This document shows, one piece after another, positions 49,481-63,084 of a DNA stretch of 64,000 bases. Each line of letters opens with the position of its first letter. Within the stretch, counting starts at the first letter, position 1. The stretch is from Octopus sinensis (taxonomy: Eukaryota), in the NCBI RefSeq assembly GCF_006345805.1, contig NC_043003.1, forward strand, positions 13,702,001 through 13,766,000, written 5' to 3'. Made by a program: the position numbers and the translations under genes. The notes beneath the pieces are model-generated. The model searched no databases. It saw only the letters and a list, made by a program, of their open reading frames with translations, and was not told where the DNA came from.

Positions 49481-49998
49481 AAAATAAAAAAGACAACATT
49501 ACAGATCCCTTCCTTTACCCATTTCCCCCCTCAATATACTTTCCTTGTTTCCGATGTTATTATTTCTATATACGAATGAATGCAGAAAATAATATACAAC
49601 GCAAACACATAAAATTTCCTAACTTTCCACTTAAATCTAAAATGAAATTCATAAACCTAAACATTAAATTTAATGAAAACCAAAGTTTGTTTACCATAAC
49701 ACTTTATTAATTAATCTAGGCTTCGTTAGGTTACCATTACTCTTTGAATGTAAATTTATGACATACAGTATTTTTTTTTATATTTGCTTTCTTTTGGTTT
49801 TGTTTTAAATCTTTAAACATTAATATATTACAGTTAATTAAATTAACAGAACAGGTGTTATAATAACTAGATGATAAATCCTAATACTAACCAGTCAACA
49901 ATATAGAAATGGCTGAGTTGCTGGTTTTAGGAAGGAACTCCCACTTGTACAGGAAGTATAGAGCCTCCTGAATTTTATTATTATATATATATATATAT

Positions 49999-50511
49999 AA
50001 CAATGATAAATCTCAGAGCGAGTTATAAACAGTAGCAACACATTGTGACGTATATTTGCCATTTGAATATGGCTAACCCCTAAGGGTGGATGCTACTGTA
50101 GTTTGTAGCCCCAGGAGGACACCTCCTCCAGCTGGCTATAGACACACTTTCTGTGCCCTATCACAATGTGTTGCTGCTACTGTTTATAACTCGCTCTCAG
50201 ATTTATCATTGTTTGATTTCACTTTTTCAATATCAGTGTCAATCGATACTGGAAAAAGTATATGTATTTGTGAAGGGAACTTACTTCTCATCGACAACTG
50301 TGATTGTCACACGCCGATGACGGGTCAATACCCTGAAACTCGAGTCCGTGTGTATCATAAGTTGAAGACGGGAATGATGGCTTCCCTTTGCAAATACTGA
50401 TAGGGCACAGAAAATGTGTCTATAGCCAGCTGGAGGAGGTGTCCTCCTGGGGCTACAAACTACAGTAGCATTCACCCTTAGGGGTTAGCCATATTCAAAT
50501 GGCAAATATAC

Positions 50512-50514
<3 letters not shown>
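49999..50514 (+). mobile_element. Penelope-type repeat (family P4) with a 5' inverted segment, layout A-B-A'-C-B'
   Basis: A 49999-50048 pairs with 50161-50213; B 50047-50163 pairs with 50398-50514; flanked by (TA)n on both sides. Confidence 0.7.
50301..50357 (+). ncRNA. Small type I hammerhead-like motif with C at position 4
   Basis: CACACG / CCGATGA / C-GGG-tcaata-CCC-T / GAAAC-TCGA-GTC / CGTGTG; palindromic helix III ACTCGAGT; two departures from consensus. Confidence 0.6.
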
Positions 50515-50546
<32 letters not shown>

Positions 50547-50783
50547 TATAGCTAAAGGATTAAAATTAATCAAAGGACATACTAAGTCTGTCCTTTGAGT
50601 AATTTTAATCCTTCAGTTATTTAATGCCTTTCTTTTTAGGCCTGCAGTTGCTTATGTTATTGACTCTGTTATTATCATTTTAAAATTGTTACACGAGATA
50701 ATAACAGGGTCAATGATATTTTCGCAAACATTTTCTGCTGAATTATTTGCCTCCATATATATATATATATATATCCTCTAAAG

Positions 50784-51108
50784 CAGCGGTTCTCAACTGG
50801 GGTTCCTGGAACCCTAGGGTTCCACGAAAAGTTCCTAGGGGTTCCACAAAAAAGAGATACGCTAATACTAATTTCATGATCGTAATACTACTACTATATA
50901 TATGTATGTATATAATGTATGTATGTATATTATATACATACATACATACAAACAAACATACATACATACATATATGTATATAGAATGAAATATGATGAAA
51001 TAAATGAGAAAGATATGGTACATGATTTTTTGTTTTTGCGCAGGGGTTCCTTGAGACATGTAATTTATTTTAAGGGTTACGCGATGGTAAACAGGTTGAG
51101 AAACACTG
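50784..51108. mobile_element. hAT (Charlie-like) MITE with internal microsatellite
   Basis: Perfect 8-bp TSD CTCTAAAG (50776-50783, 51109-51116); termini CAGCGGTTCTCAAC / GTTGAGAAACACTG. Confidence 0.85.
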
Positions 51109-51594
51109 CTCTAAAGCAAGACATTTGTTTCTGCTTCTGTCACACTAATCTTTCAATCATCCGACACAAGATCACCACCTCCAAACCATCCAACTCATGC
51201 CAGAATGGAAGATGGATGTTAAATGATGATGATGATATTGGCAGGTGTGGATGTGTGGTCAGAAGCTTGTTTTCCAAATCACATGGTCAAGTGTCTACTA
51301 TAGCCTCGGGCCAACCAAAGCTTTGTAAAGTGGATTTGGTAGGTGGAAACTGAAAGAAGCCCGTCATATATATATGTTTATGCATGTGTGTCTTTGTGGC
51401 TGTGTTTGTCGCCCCATTGGACTGCAGCCAAGCAAGGATGCTGCCCTGAAGGGTTTCAATTGAATGAATTGACCCCAGTGCCTATTTTTTGAAGCCTGGT
51501 ACATATTTTACTGGTTTCTCATGCTGAACAGCTAAATTACATGGATGTAAACAAACCAACACCATGATACACATACAGATATACATATATATAT

Positions 51595-51821
51595 ATTGTT
51601 GTATTTAGGAAAGGTCATTTTGCCAGTTTAGCCAATAAAAAAAACACGCACTTTGCTTCAGTGTTATATATTTTTTACATTAATCTTAATCTTATTTCAG
51701 CCAGATTAAGATTAATGTAAAAAATATATAACGCTGAAGCAAAGTAACACCAAATATATAGTGCGTGTGTTTTGTTTTTATTGGCTAAACTGGCAAAATG
51801 ACCATTCCGAAATACAACAAT
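51595..51821. repeat. Long fold-back inverted repeat
   Basis: Arms 51595-51692 and 51703-51821, 10-nt loop TATTTCAGCC; one arm lacks a ~17-nt block. Confidence 0.9.
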
Positions 51822-51861
51822 ATCTGTTTCAACACACAATTTCACATCAAAAATCTTGCAA

Positions 51862-51899
<38 letters not shown>

Positions 51900-52630
51900 A
51901 AAAAATACTAACTGGGACAAGAACGCAAAACATTTAGAAGATGATACAAAAAACACGGATGGGACATTCGAAGCCTTCAATCTTCAGTCAAGAACCGGAT
52001 CATCCTCGCAATTTCGGCTATATACACACACGCAATGGGCTTCTTTCAGTTTAAGTCTACTAAATCCACTCACAAGGGTTACTGTAGAAAACACTTGTCC
52101 AAGGTGCTGCGCAGTGGGACAGAACCTGGAACCATGTGACTGAGAAACAAACTTCACACCACAGAACCACACTTGCACCTATATATATGTATTGAGAGCA
52201 GAATAGACAGACGAGAGTCAGATTAATCGATAGACAGGCATAGATAGATAGATAGACAGGCATAAACAGACAAAGAGGGAGAGAGAGACAGAGAGAGAAG
52301 GAGAGAATGCGTTTGCATGTCTTTGAGTTTCCAGATATTTTACATAGTTTTAAAAAAATTTTTTTTTTTTATACACTCCATAATAGCACAAAGAGGTATA
52401 CAGCAATTTGCCAGAGAAATAATATCAGCAGCATGAACATTTCCATGAGATAAGTAAGGAGAGGTGGATAGGGGAGAGAGAGAGAGAGAGAGAGAGATCT
52501 GGATGTAAAGCTGAGGATGAAGATAACACAATACACATACATAGTACAATTTGAGGCTGCTGGGAGGAACCTTTATAATTCTACAACTACACTGATACAA
52601 CAACAAAGGGGAGGTAAATATTTAAGTACA

Positions 52631-52816
52631 TATGTGTGTGTATATATATATATGTGTATGTATGTATATATATATATATGTATGTATGTATATATATAGG
52701 TATGTATGTATATATATATATATGTATGTATGTATATATATGTATGTATGTGTATATATATGTATGTATGTATGTGTATATATATATATGTATATATATA
52801 TATATGTATGTATGTA

Positions 52817-52861
<45 letters not shown>

Positions 52862-52884
52862 ATATATATGTGTATGTATATATA

Positions 52885-52919
<35 letters not shown>

Positions 52920-52946
52920 GTGTGTGTGTGTATATATATATATATG

Positions 52947-52978
<32 letters not shown>

Positions 52979-52988
52979 TATGTATATA

Positions 52989-53060
<72 letters not shown>

Positions 53061-53087
53061 TATATCCAAAACTTTGTTTCTGATACA
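52631..53087. repeat. Compound (TA)n/(TG)n/(TATG)n microsatellite, ~460 bp
   Basis: Direct inspection; source of the YI/CV ORFs in the track. Confidence 0.95.
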
Positions 53088-53155
53088 TGAGTGAAGAGAA
53101 ATGTTAAAAGTGCACAGGAGTGAGACATAAGGCAGTTAAACGTAGATGATTGGAA

Positions 53156-53202
<47 letters not shown>

Positions 53203-53325
53203 TAAGGATGCCTGTAACAGATGAACACTGGTCAAAAGAAAGAGGAAGATAAGTGGAACAAGCTGGATTCTTATGGCATTATCATCATCAAAACCTGATT
53301 GAAACAAATAACTGAAGTGCTGATA

Positions 53326-53367
<42 letters not shown>

Positions 53368-53652
53368 TACATACTTTGAAATGAACTGGTTTGTGTGAAT
53401 AAATTAGGTTATTTTAAAAAGTTGGATAGGGTCAGGATGAAATGGAGTAATCTGAAACAATACTAAATAGGTACAGGCAATGGCTGTGTGGTTAAGAAGC
53501 ATGCTTTGCAGCTGCATGGTTTCAGGTTCAGTTCTATTGGGCAGCATGTTGGGCGAAGACCCTTCTACTATATAACCCCAGGCTGACCAATGCCTTGTGG
53601 GTGGAAGCCCCGGTCATATATTGTGTGTATAATCTGTATGCACATATATATA

Positions 53653-54038
53653 TACTCTCTTACTTGTTTCAGTCATTTGACTGCGACCATGCTGGAGCAC
53701 CACCTTTAGTCGAGCAAATCGACCCTGGGACTTATTCTTTGTAAGCCCAGTACTTATTCTATCGGTCTCTTTTGCCGAACCGCTAAGTGACGGGGACATA
53801 AACACACCAGCATCGGTACTCAAGCAATGCTAGGGAGACACACACAAACACACACACATATATATATATATACACGACAGGCTTCTTTCAGTTTCCGTCT
53901 ACCAAATCCACTCACAAGGCATTGGTCGGCCCGGGGCTATAGCAGAAGACACTTGCCCAAGATGCCACGCAGTGGGACTGAACCCGGAACCATGTGGTTG
54001 GTTAGCAAGCTACTTACCACACAGCCACTCCTGCACCT
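53653..54038 (-). mobile_element. SINE-A, full length
   Basis: Complete family A layout. Confidence 0.9.
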
Positions 54039-54048
54039 ATATATATAT

Positions 54049-54445
54049 AGGTGCACACATGGCTGTGATTCCCAACCACATGGTTCCAGGTTCAGTCTCA
54101 CTGCATGGGCAAGTGTCTTCTACTATAGCCTCGGACCAGCCAAACCCTTGTGAGTGGATTTGGTAGACGGAAACTGAAAGAAGTCGGTCCTCTGTGTGTG
54201 TGTGTGTATGGATGTATGTATGTATATATGTATATATTTATGTGTGTGTCTTTGTGTCTGTGTTTGTCCCACCCCACCATCGCTTGACAACCGATGTTGG
54301 TATGTCTATGTGCCCGTAACTTAGCAGTTTGTCAAAAGAGACCGGTAAAATAAGTATCAGGCTTACAGAGAATAAGCCCTGGAGTCGATTTCTTTGACTA
54401 AAAGGCAGTGCTCCAGCATGGCTGCAGTCTAACGACAAGCAAAGA
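54049..54445 (+). mobile_element. SINE-A, head-to-head with 53653-54038
   Basis: Head with a small deletion, then core, body and tail. Confidence 0.85.
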
Positions 54446-54747
54446 AAAAAGAATATGTGTGTATGTGTGTGTGTGTATATATATGGATAAAGTATCCAGG
54501 TGCGTACTGTTCAAGCACTCAGTTATAACCCAGGTTATGGCTAACCATATCAAGTGGTAATATGCTGAATAACCAATTGTAGAAAAAAAAAAAAAACAAA
54601 GTATGCAGATTAACTAATCTCCATCTTCATTGTAATTGTCCCTTATATATTCAACTAAAAAAAAACTGTTAAGGTGGTGCTCCAGCATGGCAAAAGTCAA
54701 ATGACTGAAACAAGTAAAAGAATAGAATAATATATATATATATATAG

Positions 54748-55075
54748 CTTGCTTCCCAACCACATGGTTCCAGGTTCAGTCCCACAGCATGGCACCCTGG
54801 GAAAATGTCTTCTTCTATAACCTTAGGCTGATCAAAGACTTGTGAGTGGATTTAGTAGAGGGAAACTGAAAGAAGCCTGTTGTGTGCGTGTGTGTCTGCA
54901 TTTGTCTCCCACTACTGCTTGACAACTGGTGCTGGTTTGTTTACATCCCTGAAACTTAGCAGTTTGGCAAAAAAGACTGATAGAATAAGTACCAGGCCAT
55001 AAAATTCTTCAAGGTAGTGAGTGCCCCAGCAAGGCCACAGTCTAATGACTTGAAACAAGTAAGAAGAGCAAAGAT
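54748..55075 (+). mobile_element. SINE-A, diverged
   Basis: Head, core and tail; a further 3' fragment at about 55140-55290. Confidence 0.75.
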
Positions 55076-55939
55076 AAAAGATGTGTGTTTGTAGAGTGAT
55101 GGAGGGGGACAATCACAAAAACAATCAGTATTGGCCCCCGTTAACTTAGCAGTTTGGCAAAAGAGGTCAACAGAATTAGTACTAGAATCTTTCAAAAAAG
55201 GAGAAAAAAAACGTATTGGGGGTCTTTTTGTTTGACTAAAACCGTTCATAGTGATGCCCCAGCATGGTCACTCGTGGTAAAAGAGACAAGATAAAACATG
55301 ACCCCTACTGTCTGAAATAGGGGGCAATAAACAAAAAGAATCGGCATAAAGAAACTGTTGACAAGAATTATCAACAATTTAACACACAAAGTGGATTGGT
55401 TTTTGCGGAGGGGAGAAAGTTAAATAAACAAAACAAAAACTGAAGATCCTGTCTAATGTAAAATCCTCCTCCTGTGCAGTGGTGTTGGTGGTGGCAGTAA
55501 TTATAAGGACAATTGGTTTAACACTTAGGAAACTGTTTAAATAACACTTGAACATGAAAACTGAGGCGAGCAGTTTGTCAAGTGGCTTCAATTGGCCGCT
55601 TGAAATCAATAAAACAACAGTGTTAGGCAGTTTTCAACAACTCTTTCACATTGTTTCCGCTTTGTGTAAAAGGATTTCTTGTTTTCGGCAATTGAAATAG
55701 GAAATTACTGCTACTTATTATTTATTTCCCCCGTTTCCAGAATTCACTCTGGCAGGATTTGGAATTCATCAAACCACAAAGACCATATCTTATAAATGTA
55801 CAACGCACACAAATGAGCAAAACGTGTGTACACCTGTAGCTTCTCTGAATTCACATTTGATTTTTTAAAATGTACCCAATTTTTAAAATAAAAAAAAAAA
55901 AAGGAAGAAAAATGTGTTTCATGGTTAATCCTAGCTTAT

Positions 55940-56165
55940 CATTTAATGTCCATTTCACCATGCTCACATGGGTTAGATAATCTGACTCAAGTTGGTAAGC
56001 CGGAGAGAGCTGTACCAGGTTCCAGTTGCCCGTTTTGGTTTGGTTTCTACATCTGGATGCCCTTCCTAATGCCATCCACTTTACAGAGTAAACTGGATGC
56101 TTTCTGCATGTCACTGGCACGGGTGCCTCTTGCATGTCACTTGTACAAGTGCCTCCCATGGGTGC
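55940..56165 (-). mobile_element. RTE-tail repeat (family D), diverged
   Basis: CTGGATGCCCTTCCTAATGCC is the reverse complement of the D motif. Confidence 0.65.
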
Positions 56166-56570
56166 CTCTTACATTTCAATTTGTTAACCCTTTGTTAATC
56201 ACATTTTGAATGAAATACACCCACCACGTTACAATTCCAACCACCCATTTTTTCTACCCACTATTCCTGGTAGGGTCTTGGGGATAGAGTCCTTAAGTAC
56301 TATTTCCTCTGTAGGGTCCTATCAGGAGCCACTGTCATTACATTTTCAGTCTGGATTCCCAAAAGTGACCAACTCAGACTATGGATATTACCCATCTCAT
56401 CCTTGGTCCAACCCTGGGACTCTTGTAAGTTGGCTTCTCTTGAAGAATCTTCATTATTCTTTCATTATTCTTCTACTCGTATGTTCAGAGTATAACCTCT
56501 CAAAGCAGAAAAGTAGCAGCTCAACCTTGGACATGTTTCAATTGATTATAAAAATAGTAAAGAATTTATA

Positions 56571-56869
56571 GTGGAGGCGCAATGGCCTAGTGGTTAGGGC
56601 AGCGGACTCACAGTCGGAGGATCGCAGTTTCGATTCCCAGACCGAGCATTGTGTGTTTATTGAGCGAAAACACCTAAAGCTCCACGAGGCTCCGGCGACC
56701 CCTGTTGTACTCTTTTGCCTCAACTTTCTCTCACTCTTTCTTCCTGTTTCTTGAGTAACGCTGCAATGGACTGGTGTCCCGTCCAGCCGGGGGGAACACA
56801 TATGCCATAGAAACCACAAAACTGCGCCCATGAGCCTGGCTAGGCTTGAAAAGGGTGCATAAAAAAATA
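56571..56869 (+). mobile_element. SINE-C with target-site duplication
   Basis: tRNA-like head GTGGAGGCGCAATGGCCTAGTGGTTAG..TTTCGATTCCC; 12-bp TSD AAAGAATTTATA (56559-56570, 56870-56881). Confidence 0.9.
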
Positions 56870-56947
56870 AAAGAATTTATAAGGGTTAAGTAAAAATAAC
56901 TTGTGCAAAGAAAGAAAAGAAAAAAATTCTCAAAAGCAGTTCTTATA

Positions 56948-57106
56948 AGTGCAGGCATGGCTATGTGGTAAGAAGCTTACTCCCCAGCCACATGGTTCTG
57001 GGTTCAGTCCCACTGCATGGCACCTTGGGTCAGTGTCTTCTACTATAGCCCCAGGTTGACCAAACCTTGTGAGTGGATTTGGCAGATGGAAACTGAAAGA
57101 AGCCTG

Positions 57107-57142
<36 letters not shown>

Positions 57143-57352
57143 ACCTACGTGTATGTGCCTTGGTGTTCAACTCCCCACCTCCACTGCTTGACAACTGTTG
57201 TTGATGTGTTTATGCCCTTGTAACTTAATGGTTTGACAAAAGAGACCGATAGAACAAATACCAGGCTTAAAAAATAAAGTACTGGGGGCAATTCATTTGA
57301 CTAAAAAAGTCTTGATAGTGGTGCCCCAGCTTGGACTGAAGCAAGTAAAAGA
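56948..57352 (+). mobile_element. SINE-A
   Basis: Head, core, (TA)n, body and tail. Confidence 0.85.
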
Positions 57353-57840
57353 TAGAAGAAAAAATAAAGATACAAAACTGCTAGAAAGTTTGAATGCTTT
57401 AAGATTCTTTTAAGAATTAATAGTTTTGTGCCACAGAACCAGCAACAAGTCATATGGATGTTGATATCAAAAGGATTAATTTATGGGTCCTGAAGTAATG
57501 TGTTTCTTGGTGACCTCAGAGAATTGGGGGGGAGTGTTTCCAACTCCCTGATTCCCTAATAAAGAATGAATAGTGAAAACACCTGACCCTCTCTAGCTAA
57601 AACATCCACAAGTCCGTACAGTTCTCAAGTCATAGCTATAAATAAAAAGGGACACACCCAAGTGATGATAACTACACTAGGGATATAGAGAAAGGGAGAT
57701 ATGTCAATAGGCAGCAGGTAGATACATATTTTAAACACATATTTAAAAGATCATGTGTAGCCACAATGCTCTCAGTTTTTCCTTCTAAGGCAAAATATAA
57801 ATATTCTTATACTTAGGGGATGGCAATTAAACACACACAT

Positions 57841-57884
<44 letters not shown>

Positions 57885-58157
57885 TGTTTGATTTTCATTT
57901 CACAGTAATCCCTTGACTATCGTGGGTGTTACGTTCCAAAACCCCCCACAATAGGTGAAAATCTGCCAAGTAGAATCGATATTTGCCCCCAAGTACATCA
58001 AGAGCACCACTTATGGAAATAAAAATATGTGATATCCATGTGCTTCTCAACAACATCAATAGCAACAACAACAAAATGGTTACAACCAAAATACAAAACT
58101 AATAGTTATTTATGGTAAAAGATTAAATAAAAAAAAAAGCAATTTAAAAAAATACTT

Positions 58158-58564
58158 AAGCGCAGGAGTGGTTGTGTGGTAAGTAGCTTGCTCACCAACC
58201 ACATGGTTCTGGGTTCAGTCCCATTACATGGCACCTTGGGCAAGTGTCTTCTACTACAGCCTCGGGCCAACCAAAGACTTGTGAGTGGATTTGGTAGACG
58301 GAAACTGAAAGAAGCCCGTTGTATATATGTATATATCTATACGTGTGTGTGTGTGCGCATGCACATGTGTCTGTGTTTGTCCCCCCAACATTGCTTGACA
58401 ACTGATGCTGGCGTGTTTGCGTCCCCGTAACTTAGCAGTTCAGCAAAAGAGACTGATAGAATAAGTACTAGGCTTACAAAAGAATAAGTCCTGGGGTCGA
58501 TTTGCTTGACTAAAGGCGGTGCTCCAGCATGGCCACAGTCAAATGACTGAAACAAGTAAAAGAG
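58158..58564 (+). mobile_element. SINE-A, full length
   Basis: Complete layout; an older copy follows at about 58572-59012. Confidence 0.9.
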
Positions 58565-60001
58565 GAAAACATAGGTACAGGCATGGCTGTGTGTTTAAGA
58601 ACTGAATTCAAAACCAGCCGTGTGGTTTTGGGTTCTGGTCCACTGCACAGCACCTTGTAGAAATGTCTTCTACTACAGTCCTGGGGCTGACATATGCCCA
58701 GTGAGAAAACTGTGGAGGCCTATTTTATCCACCCTTTCTTTCCCTGTGCATGTGTGTTTGTGAGTGTGCAAGTTTCTTTGTGTCTGTGCTCATGTGTTTG
58801 TCACTCCATTGTTTGTTAACCAGTGCTGCTTTGTTTATATCCCTGTAACTTAGTGGTTCATCAAAAGAGACCAACAGGGTAAGTGCCAGACTTTAAAAAA
58901 GAAAAGCCTCAAGTACTGGCAGGGAGTGATGGTAGAGCATGTACAATGTGTTTGACTAAAACCCTTCAAGGGTGTGCCCCAGCATGGCTGAAGCTCAGTG
59001 ACTGAAACAACAAACTAGCACTCTATAGTTTAACCCTTCAGCATTCAAATCAACTATATCGAGCCAAAATATTCCGGTTCATGTTCAAACTAGCCAGATC
59101 TACCCTCTCACACATATCCTACAATGTCTTTCTAAAGACATCAGTGAAATCTCAAAACGATGAGATAATGCAGGATTAATTCAAAGCTATGTGAATAAAA
59201 TAAGCATCACATTTGACAGGTAGGTGTGTGTGTGTGTGTGTGTGTGTGTGAAATCACTGCAATAAAAATTCCTACCATTTATCTAAAATGCCTAATAAAT
59301 CATCCTCTAACCAGAACAACTAATTCATTTGGTAATCCCAAATTATGTGGATGAAAAGGTCAAAACGTTGCTGGTTTTCTGACTAAAACGCCACACATCC
59401 TGTAAACGCGAATGAATGACCAACCTCAAGATCATGGCTCTTGGTACCTTCAATACTTGCTGTGTATATCAACGTTTTGATTACTACATTTCTAGTAAAC
59501 GGCACTACCATTGTTTCAACGAATTTTGAAATTAAGAAAGAATTTGGCAAAATATCTTTTATTATTAAGCTAGTGCTTGGAACATAAGTCAACATGAAAT
59601 CTTAGTAGCATGTTCTAATTTACATCAATTCGAAATAAGAAGTTTGAATCACAGAACCAGGGACAGTCTCAGAGAGGCTGGTATCATAAGGGTTAAAGCA
59701 GCTCAGCACAACACAGAAAACAACAGCAGATTTGTTAGTATAGGGTTATAATATAATGCTGCATACGTCATAAGTAGCTGGCTTCTAATTTCTTGAGATC
59801 CTGAAACAGCCAACTTTGCAATTCCAAGTCAATGGTTATAACAGACTTCTCACTTGAAAACCCAACCTACACTTCACGGCATTTTAATTGTGTTGGTTTC
59901 TTGCCTTTTAATTGCCTAAGATTAATCTATTATTGGATAACCCACGCAAGTGCTTAATTTAAAGTTTGATCAATTGTTATGCGTTAATTAGCAGTTAATA
60001 T

Positions 60002-60024
60002 TTATTTTATACATACATATATAC

Positions 60025-60102
<78 letters not shown>

Positions 60103-60220
60103 GAAATAAATAAATAATATATAGAAATAAATAAATAATATATAGAAATAAATAAGTATATATAGAAATAAATAAATATATATATATAAATATACATAAA
60201 TAAATATATATATATATATA
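60002..60220. repeat. (TA)n with an AATATATAGAAATAAATAAAT-type minisatellite
   Basis: Direct inspection. Confidence 0.9.
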
Positions 60221-61759
60221 GCATTTGTTTACATGCCATAGTGCTTATAATAAAAATCTCACAAGCATCAACAATGATCTTCCTTATCTGTTGTCATGTG
60301 TTCTGTCAATGTATTGTGATACCCTGATCTAGTCTCCAAGGCACTGATATTCCCAAGGATTAAAAAAAAGGGGGGGTAGGGGGGTCGCCTTGTGAAAGCA
60401 TAAATTTGTCACCTGAAATAAATAGACAGACCATTATCATCATCATTGAACATTAGTTTTCCATGTTTACATGGGCTGGGATGGTTTGACTGGGTCCATT
60501 GAGCCATAGAGCTGACTTAGGCCCCAATGTCAAGCTTCGGCATAGTTTCTATAGCTGGGTACCTTTCCCCAAACCAGCCACTTTACAGAGTGTACTGGGT
60601 GCTTTTTTTTTTCACAACACCAGCAGTAGTTGAGTCACCAAATAACTTGCATGAGTGGAAAAGGACAAGGAAAAAGAAAAACTCTTCCCAGGTGTTGAAG
60701 TATAATCAAGGACAAAACACAGATGTCTTGCTCTAGAGAAGATACATGGCTATTCTGCATTATGCGACAGTGGGTGAGAGTAGCTGACAGGGAGATAAAG
60801 ATGGTGGTGACATGGTGCTAGAGTATACTACTAAGGTACAAGAAGGTAATTATAAGGGAGAATATAGACTGTGGATCAGGAGGGAAAGCATGGGTTGGTA
60901 ATTTATCAAGTCAATCAAGAACTCAAAGACTCTCTCATAATTCCTGAGGGGTTAAGCATTAGGAGACATTCAATTGTAATAACATTTGTTTAAGATTTAT
61001 AAGTATTTTAGACCTGTAAAATCTTAACTTTTGCAAAAAATAAAAATAAAATTCTTTAAAAAAAAAGTCAAAACAAATCTAGTATCATGGTCAAGAGTGG
61101 ACACATCAATAAATGATAGATATAAGAATGAAGAACTCTTTTTGAAGAGTTCTTTGCTTCATTAATTAATTAATTGATATGGTCTTCTTATGATTTTCTC
61201 GATTTTAATACTTTAACGAAATTAATAAGAAATCTATCAAAATCATTCATTCATTCATCATCCACATTCACACACACACACGACATTACTATCAACTGTA
61301 AGAGCTCAGCTTTGAATTTGATAATAGTCTCAAACAGATGCAATCAATGAATGCATTATGCACCTGCAGACATGCACCGAGGTCGGTTAGAAAGCAGATA
61401 CGAAATAAGATAAACAACTACTTCCAACATACTGTAATTTGGGTATTCTTATATTCTTATGCTTTTGAATACAAAAATACACGAGTGTGTACATGTGTGC
61501 ATGTATGTATGTGCGTACGTATGTAGGTACTTTCAAGCAAATCCACGGTGTATTTATGTTCATTTGACTATTATATAATTATACACATGTTGCACGCAAA
61601 TGAAAATATGGAGCAAAGTTTTAGAAAAAAAAAAAGACTACAAAACTGTATTCAATGCTTATATAAGGAAAAAGAACATAATTTATTACCAATTTCTTTT
61701 AACTAAATACAATACCAACGAGCGAAGGAGAAGAATAGGTAATTGAACTGACATCAGTA

Positions 61760-61972
61760 CGAGGTGGGGCTGAAAAGTTCCTGGTTTTAAGGGTGTCACA
61801 AAAGGCCTGGTTGGGGGCCCAACTTTCTGAGTTATTTTACAGGGTTTAGAAAAACTGAAGGACTGCTGCAATAAGTGTGTGAATCTGAGAGGAGAATATG
61901 TTGAATAAAATCATAACCGATATTTCTGTATTTTCTTTTACCCAAAGTGAGGAACTTTTCAGCATCCCCTTG
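61760..61972 (+). mobile_element. Internally deleted mariner element (MITE)
   Basis: TA at both ends; TIR GCTGAAAAGTTCCT / AGGAACTTTTCAGC; 61837-61908 reads LQGLEKLKDCCNKCVNLRGEYVE*, the mariner transposase C-terminal pattern. Confidence 0.8.
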
Positions 61973-62964
61973 TATATTACTGCTATTTATTTTACTGAAG
62001 CAGAAGCATTTTGAATTCAGATATGAAGGAAAGTGAATCATGTACAACATTCCTCTCTATGTTTCATTTAACTAGCTGCACTCAACTTTTCAATATTGAT
62101 AAGTCCACAAAGCCGAGGAGATGGTATTTCTATTGGTGGGGGGGGAGGAGATAAAGTGGTAGGAAAGAGGAGAGAGTGAACGTGTAGTCAATTTGCATAA
62201 TATTTACAGTTAACAAACAGAAATCACTTCAAAACTATTGATCAGAATGATAAAGAGATGCGTAAGGCTGTTCATTACGAAGTTATGCCAACAACAAATA
62301 AATGCCAATCTCTGAAATTATTTGGAACTATTTAAATTTCTTCAGCAAAAAATTCAATTTAACCATGCCATGAAATCTATTTTAGCTTCGTACATTCTAT
62401 TTCCCCAGCATAATTCAGAGTGAGTCACCACACAACTCTAAGCTTGGTTGGTTTATTAAAAGAGTAAATTTCTGAAAAGCAAGCCGTATTTCTTTCTATA
62501 GAATTTAAAAAGGTTCCCCCATGCTAAATAGAGAGGGGTTTGGTTACTTGACTACACAGAAAAATAACCTGTATTATTACAGTCTTTTTGTCGGTATCTA
62601 AACTGGAAAACAAATTAAACAAACATTGGTTTGTACTACTACATACTTGCAGAGGTTGTCATCGAGAAAGCAATATCCTTTACTACTAGGAAGAGAGAAG
62701 AGAAAAGAAAAAAAGAAAAACAAAGAAAAAGAAAAAAATAGAGGTGTCTTTGAAGGCAGTGCTCCTACATGGCCTTGACTGTGATGGCTTAAGATAGACT
62801 AAAGAACTAAGAACTTACTAATAACAATGGTGACTTTTTCAGAGGGAAAAAACGTTTCTCGAAAACACAATGGATGTATTAAATCTTTATTGTGAATATG
62901 GAAAAAAGATATAATAGACAAGTTTCCTTTGGTTGGTTGGTTGGTTAATTAGCTACTTTTATAA

Positions 62965-62967
<3 letters not shown>

Positions 62968-63009
<42 letters not shown>

Positions 63010-63053
63010 AATATATATATATATAATATACACACACATATATATATATATAT

Positions 63054-63084
<31 letters not shown>

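Noticed and set aside
51960-52017. Hammerhead-like parts (CCGAAA and CTGAAGA on the minus strand)
   Set aside because: The elements are in the wrong order or spacing and I could not build helix III with an NUH site.
52573-53128. Long ORFs of 125-171 aa (and similar YI/CV/HT ORFs throughout)
   Set aside because: Translations of TA/TG/CA microsatellites.
56571-56645. tRNA gene (also the heads at 27596, 28487, 32478 and 63727)
   Set aside because: A/B boxes are present but there is no closed acceptor stem or cloverleaf, and each continues into a SINE body.
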